Shown: positions 16,557 to 24,556, counted from the stretch's first letter. The stretch is DNA of 64,000 nt from an uncultured Lentisphaerota bacterium (GCA_946413265.1 CAMKJU010000003.1:9087-73086); one strand, 5' to 3'. The notes: generated by a model not told the origin, from the letters alone. Numbers and translations are program-made.

Positions 16557-16676
16557 AAAAAAATAATACGAATTGTAAAAACACCCTTGCGCTCCGCTTA
16601 TACGTTTTGTATAATATCCCGCGTTGCCGCAAGGAGGGCAACGAGAAGTTTATCAAAAACGGTCAGAGGATAGAAG
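16557..16676. promoter_or_regulatory. divergent immunity/early promoter-operator region
   Basis: Minus-strand TATTAT (16568..16563) lies 6 nt before the repressor ATG. Plus-strand TTGCGC-17nt-TGTATAAT lies at 16587..16615. Direct repeats ATACGnnTTGTAWAA (16566..16580 and 16598..16613) overlap both -10 elements. Hairpin CGTTGCC/GGCAACG at 16622..16643. Confidence 0.6.
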
Positions 16677-16853
16677 ATGAAAAAGTTCGATACGATTCTG
16701 AGGCCATGGCGCGAGGCGCCGGTCTCGCAGGTGGCGGCGCGGATCGGGCGCTCGAAGAGCCACATCTGGCGCGTGCTCAAGGGCCAGCGCAAGCCGGGCC
16801 GCGAACTCGCGGCCGTGCTGCGCGACATGGGCTTCAAGGTGGAGGTGGCGTGA
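16677..16853 (+). CDS. Ner/Cro-like small HTH regulator (58 aa)
   Basis: VSQVAARIGRSKSHIWRVLKGQRKPGRELAAVL. First gene of the early operon. Under 60 aa, so absent from the track. Confidence 0.65.
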   Translation: MKKFDTILRPWREAPVSQVAARIGRSKSHIWRVLKGQRKPGRELAAVLRDMGFKVEVA

Positions 16854-16996
16854 TGTGGTGTTCAATGTGCCCGTTCTTCGCGGACTGCGAGGATCCCGCC
16901 AAGCTCGGCGGTGGATGCGATTGCGACGGCACCGACGACTTCGGCGTCGATCCGATCGACGATTTCGATGACGACGAAAAAGTGGAGGTGGAGTGA
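16853..16996 (+). CDS. small acidic Cys-rich protein (47 aa)
   Basis: ATG overlaps the upstream TGA. MWCSMCPFFADCED...DDFDDDEK. Confidence 0.35.
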   Translation: MWCSMCPFFADCEDPAKLGGGCDCDGTDDFGVDPIDDFDDDEKVEVE

Positions 16997-16997
16997 C

Positions 16998-17273
16998 ATG
17001 GAGAAGAAAAGGACGAAGGTGATACCAGGCGAGATCGAGCAGAGGATAGATAATCTGACTTTCTATGTTGAAAGCTATCTCAGGTCTGCAAAGCAAACTC
17101 TCTCATACGCCATTCCGCCGTTTGTCAACGAGATCAATGGATCGGCCACGGCCCTTGGTGGGGCCATTAGGTACATTGAGCGCGTAGAGCGCCTAGCCGA
17201 ACGCCGGATTGACGAGTTGAGATTCATCGCCGCGAAAAAGGCCGAAATCGCCAAGGCAAAGGAGGGAAAGTGA
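16998..17273 (+). CDS. hypothetical early protein (coiled coil)
   Basis: In-frame ATG 2 nt after the upstream stop, and a 4-nt overlap with the next gene. Confidence 0.5.
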   Translation: MEKKRTKVIPGEIEQRIDNLTFYVESYLRSAKQTLSYAIPPFVNEINGSATALGGAIRYIERVERLAERRIDELRFIAAKKAEIAKAKEGK

Positions 17274-17524
17274 TGAAACTGCGCAAGATTGACGTTCTGC
17301 TCGCAGAGCACAAGCCTCTGTCCGTAGAAGAAGGCAATGTCAAGAAGCTTGGCAGATATTACTACGAGGTCGAATGCCCGTTCTGCGGGAAAAAGAACCT
17401 TGTCTTCTTCAGGAACTTCTGGAAAGGCACGAGGTGCAAGAACAAGGACTGCCGCGCCATGTTCGACCGTTGCAACAGTGTGGCCTGGAGAGACATGGTG
17501 CCAGTGAGTGAGGCTAGAGCCTAA
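17270..17524 (+). CDS. zinc-ribbon protein
   Basis: CPFCGKKN...CKNKDC. Confidence 0.5.
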   Translation: MMKLRKIDVLLAEHKPLSVEEGNVKKLGRYYYEVECPFCGKKNLVFFRNFWKGTRCKNKDCRAMFDRCNSVAWRDMVPVSEARA

Positions 17525-17547
17525 ACAACAAGCGGACAACAGCAAGG
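17524..17547 (+). repeat. 24-nt motif copy (variant aACAaCAAGCGGACAACAGCAAGG) starting at the stop codon of 17270..17524
   Basis: Read directly from the sequence. Followed by AAAAGGAACCGAAG and the ATG at 17562. Confidence 0.85.
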
Positions 17548-17561
17548 AAAAGGAACCGAAG

Positions 17562-19058
17562 ATGAAACAGGAAAAGCCGCACAAGTTCTACGTCGGCGAG
17601 GGGTACGGCATCTGGGAGATGGACGGCGAAACCCACCGCCGCTTCCCCGACGTGTTCTACCGCGCGAAGCCCGGCGACTCGGCCGGCAAGTACACGATCG
17701 GCGACATGGCCGTCATGAACCAGCCGACAACCAAGAAGCGGTTCGGCATGTTCGTGATCGCGAACGTGGAGAGCGGCGACTTCGGCGGCACGGGGCTGAA
17801 GTACAAGCTCACGGTGCATCCCTACGGGACTCCGGAGGAGATCAGCGGACCGAAGCCCGCCGCCCCGATACAGCAAGCGGACAACAGCAAGGAAAAGGAA
17901 CCGAAGATGAACACTGCCAGTGGCGGACGGTGCAGATTCACAGATGAAAATGGATTCTGCACGAACGAAAACATGCAGGGCGGCGGATTCCGGTGCTTCG
18001 GCGCAGGGTGCGAATGCAGGGAGCCGATTCGCGGACCGAAGCCCGCCGCCCCGATACAGCAAGCGGACAACAGCAAGAAAGAACCGAAGATGAAAAGACC
18101 TACCTACAAGATGCAGCGCATCAAGCTCGCGGACTGCAAACCACACGCCGACGCGGAGGCCTACTCGGCCTCCACCGAGGACCGCGCCGCACTCGGCAAC
18201 TCAATCGAGGAGACCGGGGTGCTTTCGCCGATCGCCGTGGTGCCGGACGAGGACAGCAAGCGTACAACAGCAAGCAACGACGCCGAACCCCAGAAGTGGT
18301 TCGTGATCGACGGCATCGGGCGCATGAACGCCCTCATCGCCGCCGGCGAGACCGAGACCGACGCCCAGGTTTTCGACCTCGGCGATCTGAGCGTGGCCGA
18401 GTTCGTGGTGTGCAAGAACGCCATGATGCGCAAGGTCACAACCGGCACGCGCGTGATGGCATACCTGAAATGCCATGAACGCGAAGTACTGGCCGCTGCG
18501 GACCCGGAGAAGTACCAGGGCCGTAAAGAAAGCAAGTGGCGCAACAAGGTGGCTGCGGTTTCACGTGAAACCGCAGCCGACGAAAAGGGTTGGGGCGCGA
18601 AGGAGATAGCGGAGCGCATCGGGGTGTCGAAGAACGACGTGCTGGCGGGGATTGAGCTGCTGAAGGAGGTGAGCGGGGAGACAGAAAGCGTACAACAGCA
18701 AGGGAAGTACGTGCAGCTGGACCTCTTCGAGACGATGGACTCGGTGATGCACGGCGAGACGCCGATCAGGCGGTGGAAGGCGGCGGCGAGCGGCAAGGTG
18801 AGCAAGGTGGGCGGCAAGGCGGCCGCCGACTACGTGGGCATCGGCGCGCGCACGATGGTGAGCCTCATCGGGCTGTTCGAGAACTGGCAGACGGTCCCGA
18901 TGGAGAGCCGCGGGCCCATCGTCGAGCGGTTCAAGCTGGCGTTGGAGGCCGCGCCGGAGGATTTCAGGGCGGTGCTGGAGGATGTGGTTGGATCTCACGC
19001 AGAGGCGCAGAGAGGCAGAGAGCGCAGAGGGAAGTTCCGCAAAGGGACGCGGTGGTAG
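17562..19058 (+). CDS. ParB-like nuclease-domain protein with two stop-less N-terminal modules (candidate internal starts at 17907 and 18090)
   Basis: C-terminal part IKLADCKPHADAEAY...LGNSIEETGVLSPIAVVP...WFVIDGIGRMNALIAAG follows a ParB/Srx-like pattern. The modules are joined by the repeated GPKPAAPIQQADNSK(E)KEPKM linker. Confidence 0.65.
   Translation: MKQEKPHKFYVGEGYGIWEMDGETHRRFPDVFYRAKPGDSAGKYTIGDMAVMNQPTTKKRFGMFVIANVESGDFGGTGLKYKLTVHPYGTPEEISGPKPAAPIQQADNSKEKEPKMNTASGGRCRFTDENGFCTNENMQGGGFRCFGAGCECREPIRGPKPAAPIQQADNSKKEPKMKRPTYKMQRIKLADCKPHADAEAYSASTEDRAALGNSIEETGVLSPIAVVPDEDSKRTTASNDAEPQKWFVIDGIGRMNALIAAGETETDAQVFDLGDLSVAEFVVCKNAMMRKVTTGTRVMAYLKCHEREVLAAADPEKYQGRKESKWRNKVAAVSRETAADEKGWGAKEIAERIGVSKNDVLAGIELLKEVSGETESVQQQGKYVQLDLFETMDSVMHGETPIRRWKAAASGKVSKVGGKAAADYVGIGARTMVSLIGLFENWQTVPMESRGPIVERFKLALEAAPEDFRAVLEDVVGSHAEAQRGRERRGKFRKGTRW
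17847..17909 (+). repeat. extended ~60-nt unit (GGACCGAAGCCCGCCGCCCCGATACAGCAAGCGGACAACAGCAAGGAAAAGGAACCGAAGATG), copy 1
   Basis: Contains the 24-nt motif core at 17869..17892 plus an SD-like AAGGAAAAGGAA and an in-frame ATG. Confidence 0.9.
18033..18092 (+). repeat. extended ~60-nt unit, copy 2 (3-nt shorter)
   Basis: Motif core at 18055..18077. Ends in an ATG that starts the ParB-like module. Confidence 0.9.
18252..18274 (+). repeat. 24-nt motif copy, in CDS frame 1 (DSKRTTAS)
   Basis: Exact GACAGCAAGCGTACAACAGCAAG. Confidence 0.95.
18680..18703 (+). repeat. 24-nt motif copy (GACAGaAAGCGTACAACAGCAAGG), in CDS frame 2 (TESVQQQG)
   Basis: One mismatch to the consensus. Confidence 0.9.
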
Positions 19059-19082
19059 GACAGCAAGCGTACAACAGCAAGG
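19059..19082 (+). repeat. 24-nt motif copy forming the entire intergenic gap between the ParB-like stop and the transposase ATG
   Basis: TAG(19056-58)|GACAGCAAGCGTACAACAGCAAGG|ATG(19083). Confidence 0.95.
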
Positions 19083-20816
19083 ATGACCATGGAAAAGGCT
19101 GCGGAGAGATCGGCGAAGGTCGGCGAGGTGCGGCGGCTCGTGGCGGAGGGCGCGACGCTGGACGCCGCGCTGCTGGCGGCGGGGGTGAGCGAGACCACCT
19201 ACCGCCGCTGGGCGGCGAAATTCGACGCGGGCGGCGTTGCGGCGCTCTCGGACGCGCCGAAGAGCGGGCGGCCGCCGGTGGTGAAGCTCGACGAGGACGA
19301 GAAGAAGTGCCTGCGGCGCATCTACCTCCAGTCGAACCGGGCGGAGCGCAGCGGCTCGATGACGATGGCGGCGCGGATCGCGGCGCACGACCCGGCGACG
19401 TGCCTCCGGCCCGAGACGCGGGCGGCGATCCTCGCGGAGCGCTCCTCGAAGCACCACCTTCCGGTGGAGGTGCGCCGGGCGATGCGCGAGGTGTCGCCGG
19501 TGGCGGTGGCGCGTTACCGCGACCCGCGCGAGGGGCAGAACAACGGCATCTACGTGCCGGGGTGGCTGCGGCGCGACGAGGAGACGGGGCGGTTGCTGCT
19601 GCCGGGCGAGCGGCAGGTGTGGGACGACGCGAGCGTGAACGTGGCGGTGGCGGTGCCGTGGGCGGGGCGCGGGGACAAGGCGGGCGACCGCTGGGGATGG
19701 CGCGCGGCGCGCTACCAGCTGCTCGCCGGGATCGACTGCGCGACGGACTTCTTCTGCGGGTTCGGCTACGTGATGCGCACGAGCGACGGGTACCGGGCGT
19801 GCGACGTCGCGAACGTGATGCACGAGGTGTGGCGTCAGCAGGGGTACATGCCGAAGAAGGTGGTGCTGGAGGGCGGCAGCTGGCAGGCGAAGCCGACGAT
19901 GGACTTCCTGCGCACGGCGGGCGTGGGGGTGGTGGACGCCAAGGGCCGGCCGAACCAGAAGCTGGTGGAGAACTACTTCAACCGCCTCTGGACGGCGCTC
20001 TCGATCTTCCTTCCGGGCTACGGGCAGATCGGGCGGTACCGTGGCGAGATGCGCAAGGAGAACCTGAACTGGATGAAGGTGCTGAGCGGGAGCGCGGATC
20101 CGAGGAAATACTTCCCGACGCTGAAGACGTTTCTGGAGGCGCTGAACAAGGCCGTCGCCTACCTCAGGTGGGAGAAGGTGGAGAGCCGGATCTACGGGAC
20201 GTGGAGTCCGGAGGAGCTGTACCAGGGCGCGGCGGCGAACGGTCTGCCGCTCGTGGAGGGTCTGGAGCGGTACGCGATGCCGGTGGCGGCGCGCCGGACG
20301 CTGCGTCGCGGCGGGATGGTGTTCGTGACGGCGGAGACGCAGCTGGAGGGACTCAGGCACGAGTACGCCTTCGCGACGCGGGACGGCTGGAAGTACGACG
20401 GCGCGCCGGTGGTGGTGCGCTTCGACCCGGTGACGGCGGCGGCGCGGGGGGCGTCGATCGAGCTTGCCCAGGCGTGGCGCGACTTCCGCGCGGGGACGGT
20501 GATCGACGGCGCGGCGCCGTGCGTGAGCGCGCCTCCGGACTTCGTGAACGACGCGGGGCTTTGGGACCTGCGCGGCGCGGGCCGCCACGAGCAGCGGGCG
20601 AACCGCGCGGCGGTGCGCACGGTGGTGACGGCCTACGACACGCGCGGGCCGGTGCGGACGAGGTTCGAGGACGGCGAGGAGAAGGGCTGGGGGCTGCGCG
20701 GCGGCGTGCCCGCGGCGGCGGAGGCGCCGGAAGCGGCGGAGGAATGCGACAGCAAGCGTACGACAGCAAGGCTTGCGGCCCTGGAGGCGGAGGAGCGGAT
20801 GCTGGCCTACGCGTGA
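19083..20816 (+). CDS. Mu-like DDE transposase (MuA analogue)
   Basis: N-terminal HTH (GVSETTYRRWAAKFDAGGVAALSD). Candidate DDE residues in VWDDASVNV, LAGIDCATDFF and VVLEGGSWQ. Positioned upstream of the MuB-like ATPase. Confidence 0.8.
   Translation: MTMEKAAERSAKVGEVRRLVAEGATLDAALLAAGVSETTYRRWAAKFDAGGVAALSDAPKSGRPPVVKLDEDEKKCLRRIYLQSNRAERSGSMTMAARIAAHDPATCLRPETRAAILAERSSKHHLPVEVRRAMREVSPVAVARYRDPREGQNNGIYVPGWLRRDEETGRLLLPGERQVWDDASVNVAVAVPWAGRGDKAGDRWGWRAARYQLLAGIDCATDFFCGFGYVMRTSDGYRACDVANVMHEVWRQQGYMPKKVVLEGGSWQAKPTMDFLRTAGVGVVDAKGRPNQKLVENYFNRLWTALSIFLPGYGQIGRYRGEMRKENLNWMKVLSGSADPRKYFPTLKTFLEALNKAVAYLRWEKVESRIYGTWSPEELYQGAAANGLPLVEGLERYAMPVAARRTLRRGGMVFVTAETQLEGLRHEYAFATRDGWKYDGAPVVVRFDPVTAAARGASIELAQAWRDFRAGTVIDGAAPCVSAPPDFVNDAGLWDLRGAGRHEQRANRAAVRTVVTAYDTRGPVRTRFEDGEEKGWGLRGGVPAAAEAPEAAEECDSKRTTARLAALEAEERMLAYA
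20748..20771 (+). repeat. 24-nt motif copy in the transposase 3' region (CDSKRTTAR)
   Basis: GACAGCAAGCGTACGACAGCAAGG. Confidence 0.95.
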
Positions 20817-20890
20817 CCATTTCCCCGCGCGGAGAGGCTAGGACGCTCCGCGCGGGGGATTCAACAACCAACAAACCAAAGGAGCACAAG

Positions 20891-21070
20891 ATGCACACAG
20901 CAAGCAGAGAATGGGCGGACCGGGTGGCCGCCCGGAACGCGGTGGAGACCGCGAAGGCGCGCGCCGACGAGGCGCGAAAAAACGAGGCGCTTGCCGCGCA
21001 GGGCTTTCTGCCCCTCACCTACGGGGAGCAGCTGATCCCGCTGAGCGCAGCCGGGAAGGAGGCGGAGTGA
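20891..21070 (+). CDS. small hypothetical protein (59 aa)
   Basis: AAAGGAG RBS with an A/C-rich leader. Stop overlaps the next start. Confidence 0.45.
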   Translation: MHTASREWADRVAARNAVETAKARADEARKNEALAAQGFLPLTYGEQLIPLSAAGKEAE

Positions 21071-21408
21071 TGAAGAGAACGAAAGATGACGGTAACCGCC
21101 TTTCACAGTTGCTCGGTTCAATCAAGCGAGCCAGGACAACCGTGTTGGGCAGTACGGCCCAAATAGTCAAACTAGGTGAATGCGAGGATTCCCAGGCCAT
21201 TACTGCATTGAACAGAGCCGCCGTAAAATGCCTGCATCAGTCATGCTACTGGCTTGATCAGGCCGTGGATACACTTGAGCATTCGATCAAGAGAGTCAGA
21301 GAGACGGAAGATGCGGACAGCAAGCGTACTACAGCAAGGGTGCAGCCGCTTTCGCCGGAGGCGGAGCTTGCGGCCACGGTGGCGCGGCAGAAGGGAGAGA
21401 ATGCATGA
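21070..21408 (+). CDS. hypothetical early protein
   Basis: ATG overlaps the upstream TGA. Contains a motif copy read as DSKRTTAR. Confidence 0.5.
   Translation: MKRTKDDGNRLSQLLGSIKRARTTVLGSTAQIVKLGECEDSQAITALNRAAVKCLHQSCYWLDQAVDTLEHSIKRVRETEDADSKRTTARVQPLSPEAELAATVARQKGENA
21316..21339 (+). repeat. 24-nt motif copy (GACAGCAAGCGTACTACAGCAAGG)
   Basis: Read directly from the sequence. Confidence 0.9.
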
Positions 21409-21491
21409 GCGGGGACGAGATCATATTCTTCGTGTGGCTGGCCACGTGGCTGCCGTTCGCGATCGCCTACTTCATCAGCGAGGCGAAGTGA
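21405..21491 (+). CDS. tiny membrane peptide (28 aa)
   Basis: IIFFVWLATWLPFAIAYFI. Overlaps the upstream stop. Confidence 0.3.
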   Translation: MSGDEIIFFVWLATWLPFAIAYFISEAK

Positions 21492-21512
21492 CAGCAAGAA
21501 GAAGGAGCAAGC
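21490..21512 (+). repeat. decayed motif copy (GACAGCAAGaagaaggAGCAAGc) filling the gap before the MuB-like ATG
   Basis: Both outer ACAGCAAG/AGCAAG halves are retained. The upstream stop TGA overlaps the first bases, as at 27789. Confidence 0.6.
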
Positions 21513-22463
21513 ATGAAGAACCAAGTGGAAAACGAACTGGTGGAGACAGCCGCGAAGATCGCGGCGTGGGGCGAGTCGCACGGCATGAGCCGCGCGCAGC
21601 TCGTGCGCAACTTCACCGACCTCGGCAGCGAGAAGAGCTTCCGCGACATCTCGGCCGGGAACCTGGAGGGCTACAACGCGGAGAACCAGCTCACGAAGTA
21701 CCGGGCGGTGTACGCCACGATGGAGGAGCTGGCGAACCAGGGCGGCGAGGAGCGCATCTACGACGACCTCGGCACCGTGGTGAAGATCCGCAGGGCGTTC
21801 CTGGGCGTGGTGAAGGCCACGGGCACGAATCGCGTGCTGATCGTGCAGGGCGAAAGCGGCGTGGGGAAGACCACCGCCGTGGGCCTCCTGCGCGGCAAGT
21901 ACGGCACGGGGCGCATCAGCTACGTGGAGGCGAGCGACGTGTGGGCGGACTCGCCCAACGCCTTCCTCGGCGCGATCCTGCGCGCGCTCGGCGTCACGGA
22001 GCTGCCGGCTGGGCGCGTGCAGCGTCTGGAGGAGGTGCAGGCGCGGCTTGCGATCTCGCGGCGGTGTCTCGTGATCGACGAGGCGCACCACCTCGGCCCG
22101 CACTGCCTCAACACGGTGAAGACGCTGGTGAACACGACGCCGGGGGAGTTCATCCTGGTGGCGATCCCGACCTTGTGGAACAAGCTGCAGGCGCACGCCT
22201 ACCAGGAGGCGAAGCAGATCGCGACGAACCGTCTCTCGGAGCGCGTGAAGCTCACGCTCGACGAGGCGGACATCCGCACGTACCTCTCGAAGCGGTTCAA
22301 GGACGCCCAGCCGGCGGAGCTTAAGGTTGCGGCGAAGATCATCCGCCCCAACGCGCTCCTCGCGGGCAACTACGCCTTCGTGCGCGACGTGGCGCGCGAG
22401 CTCGCCTCGCTCGAGGCCGACGCGGTGAGCCGCGCGGTGACGGCGGTGACGGGGAGAAGGTAG
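21513..22463 (+). CDS. MuB-like AAA+ DNA transposition ATPase
   Basis: Walker A GESGVGKTT and Walker B LVIDEAHHL. Downstream of the transposase. Confidence 0.8.
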   Translation: MKNQVENELVETAAKIAAWGESHGMSRAQLVRNFTDLGSEKSFRDISAGNLEGYNAENQLTKYRAVYATMEELANQGGEERIYDDLGTVVKIRRAFLGVVKATGTNRVLIVQGESGVGKTTAVGLLRGKYGTGRISYVEASDVWADSPNAFLGAILRALGVTELPAGRVQRLEEVQARLAISRRCLVIDEAHHLGPHCLNTVKTLVNTTPGEFILVAIPTLWNKLQAHAYQEAKQIATNRLSERVKLTLDEADIRTYLSKRFKDAQPAELKVAAKIIRPNALLAGNYAFVRDVARELASLEADAVSRAVTAVTGRR

Positions 22464-22503
22464 TGGAGTGTAAAATGTAAAGTGTAAAGTGTAAAGTGAA
22501 AGG
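22463..22503 (+). repeat. tandem heptamer array (GTGTAAA)n
   Basis: gtggagtgtaaaatgtaaagtgtaaagtgtaaagtgaaagg lies between the MuB-like stop and the DUF3164 RBS. Confidence 0.9.
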
Positions 22504-22512
22504 ACAAACACA

Positions 22513-23199
22513 ATGGCAAAGCAAGTGACGACGATGCGCGACTCGAACGGGAACGACGTCCCGCTCAAGTACGTGAGCAAGTACGACAAGGCGAAGGACA
22601 AGGCCGTGCGCAAGGTGCTGGCCCGGTTCCTCCGCGCGCGGGAGCTGCTGGAGGGCGTGGTCGCCGAGACCATCGCCGAGCTGGAAGCGCTCGCGGACAC
22701 GAAGGAGAAGCTTGGCGCGAAGGGAAACTTCTCGGCGCGCAGCTTCGACGGCCTCATCCAGGTGAGCATCCGGCAGCAGTACAACATCTTCCTCGACGAG
22801 CGCGTGGTGAAGGCGCGCGAGCTGATGCTCGGCTACGTGGAGAAGGTGCTGGCGAAGGTGGGCGGCAACGACGCGCAGGCGCTGCGGCTCATCGTGGCGG
22901 AGGCGTTCAAGGCGAACGCGCAGGGCTTCCTCTCGACGGGGAAGATCATGTCGCTGCTCCGGATGGAGATCGACAACGCCGACTGGCGCGAGGCGAAGAG
23001 GATCCTCCAGGATTCGATCAAGCCGCAGAAGGGAAAGCGGTATCTCGTGTGCGAGCGGCGCGCGAGCACGCAGGCGGAGTTCCGCCCGGTGCGGCTGGAC
23101 ATCGCGGATTGCTGGCCGGAGGAGGATGAGAGTGTAAAGTGTAAAATGGAAAGTGTAAAATGCGAAGAGCAGAAAGGAGGTGATCAAGATGCCGGTTAA
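22513..23199 (+). CDS. DUF3164-like Mu-family protein
   Basis: MRDSNGNDVP...GAKGNFSARSFDGLIQVSIRQQYNIFLDERV is colinear with the DUF3164 pattern. Confidence 0.65.
   Translation: MAKQVTTMRDSNGNDVPLKYVSKYDKAKDKAVRKVLARFLRARELLEGVVAETIAELEALADTKEKLGAKGNFSARSFDGLIQVSIRQQYNIFLDERVVKARELMLGYVEKVLAKVGGNDAQALRLIVAEAFKANAQGFLSTGKIMSLLRMEIDNADWREAKRILQDSIKPQKGKRYLVCERRASTQAEFRPVRLDIADCWPEEDESVKCKMESVKCEEQKGGDQDAG
23132..23162 (+). repeat. second (GTGTAAA)n array, inside the 3' end of the DUF3164-like CDS
   Basis: gtgtaaagtgtaaaatggaaagtgtaaaatg is translated as SVKCKMESVKC. Confidence 0.85.
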
Positions 23200-23386
23200 G
23201 TGGACAAGGCCGAAGAAGGCCGAAGACAGCAAGCGCACGACAGCAAGTGCGCCGAAGCCCGAGAAGCCGAAGGGCGACAAGCCCCAGGCCGAAGAGCTGA
23301 AGCCCGAGAAGCCGAAGGGCGGCAAGCCGAAAGGCGGCAAGCCGAAAGGCGACGATAAGCCCAATGGCAAGAAGGAGGCCAAGTGA
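23189..23386 (+). CDS. small lysine-rich protein with KPKG repeats
   Basis: AAAGGAGG lies 8 nt upstream. PEKPKGDKP...PEKPKGGKPKGGKPKGDDKP. Confidence 0.5.
   Translation: MPVKWTRPKKAEDSKRTTASAPKPEKPKGDKPQAEELKPEKPKGGKPKGGKPKGDDKPNGKKEAK
23225..23247 (+). repeat. 24-nt motif copy (GACAGCAAGCGCACGACAGCAAG)
   Basis: Two mismatches to the consensus. Read as DSKRTTAS. Confidence 0.85.
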
Positions 23387-23985
23387 TGGCGAACGCCGTT
23401 GACAGGGCCGTGCGCGCGCAGGGCGGGGCCGTGGTCAAGCCGCACCAGGTGAAGGCCATGGTCCTCGCCGCGCGCCGCGCGTACAAGGTGCAGTCGGACG
23501 CCGGCCTCGTCGATGACGGGGTCGACTTCGACAGCTGGCGGCGGGCGACGCTCCACGACGTGGTGGGTGCCGCCGCGCCGGATTCCTTCCGGGCCGTGAC
23601 GCAGCGCGACTACGCCGCCGTGCTCGGCTACTTCAGCGAGCTCGCCGGAAATTCCGGAAAATCCGGAGATTCCGGAAAATCCGGGATCGCCGACGAACAG
23701 CGGCGGGCGCAGTGGTCGCTGGGACTTGTGGAGAGAGAAACGGCGGATGCCTTCGGCGGGCGCGAGGGGGCGCGGCGGTACGCCGACGCGCTCTTCGCGC
23801 GGATCCACAAGACCGACCGATACGCCGCCACGGCGAAGCAGACATGGGCGGTCATTTTCACCCTGCGGAACCGTGCCGCGAAAATCCGCTCAAAAACGGC
23901 CCTAGAAGCGCGGGGCGAGGCGGGGGTACACTCGCCGCTCCCCGCCGCTTCCAAGCGTTTTCCCGCGTTTTCCCGCGGCTTCTAG
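23383..23985 (+). CDS. GemA (Mu gp16)-like protein
   Basis: Called from position in the Mu order and the pattern ...DFDSWRRATLHDVVG...SFRAVTQRDYAAVLGYF. Contains an in-frame 9-nt x4 repeat (GNSGKSGDSGKSG). Confidence 0.4.
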   Translation: MMANAVDRAVRAQGGAVVKPHQVKAMVLAARRAYKVQSDAGLVDDGVDFDSWRRATLHDVVGAAAPDSFRAVTQRDYAAVLGYFSELAGNSGKSGDSGKSGIADEQRRAQWSLGLVERETADAFGGREGARRYADALFARIHKTDRYAATAKQTWAVIFTLRNRAAKIRSKTALEARGEAGVHSPLPAASKRFPAFSRGF

Positions 23986-24013
23986 GCGATTCCACGGTTG
24001 GAGGCGTGCGGCT

Positions 24014-24556
24014 ATGGTCGAAAACATGGTGCAGATGGACCTTTTCGGGGGTGAAAGGCCGGGCAAGCCCGGCCATCCGGACAACCTGGCGGGGTCGCAG
24101 ATTCCGCCGCCGCTTGCCGTGGAGCCGGAGCCGAACATGGTGCGCGTGGCGCCGGGGCGGCACGCCTGGGTGCCGAAGGACGCGGCGACGCCGCCGGACG
24201 CCTACGTGATGTGCCGGTGGTCGAAGCAGGAGGACGGCACCTACGCGCCGGTGCCGGTGGCGGGGCGGTACGTGCGGCTTGATTCCAGGACGGCCGCCCT
24301 TCTCGGCTTCCCGGCGCGCGCCGGCGAGGACGGCAACGAGCGCTGCCGCTACGACACGATCCTCCGCCTCGGGCGAGCGGGGTTCGTGGACGTGGTGCGC
24401 GTGGCGCCGAACACGATCCTCCTCGACCTCGACAGCTGGTACCGCCACCTCGCCGACTGCATGGACAACCCCGACCGCTGGAACGAGGGCGGAGAGGACC
24501 GCGAGACGTACCTTCAGGCAAACGGCCTCGGCGGGTGGAGGCGGTATGTCGAATGA
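24014..24556 (+). CDS. hypothetical phage protein
   Basis: Long ORF with normal composition in the operon. Confidence 0.5.
   Translation: MVENMVQMDLFGGERPGKPGHPDNLAGSQIPPPLAVEPEPNMVRVAPGRHAWVPKDAATPPDAYVMCRWSKQEDGTYAPVPVAGRYVRLDSRTAALLGFPARAGEDGNERCRYDTILRLGRAGFVDVVRVAPNTILLDLDSWYRHLADCMDNPDRWNEGGEDRETYLQANGLGGWRRYVE

Noticed and set aside
18561-21070. ORFs 18561..20588(-) and 18773..21070(+) overlapping the ParB-like and transposase genes
   Set aside because: Their translations are dominated by R/G/A/P runs with no motifs. The alternative frame encodes coherent HTH and DDE transposase features with proper RBS and motif-delimited boundaries.
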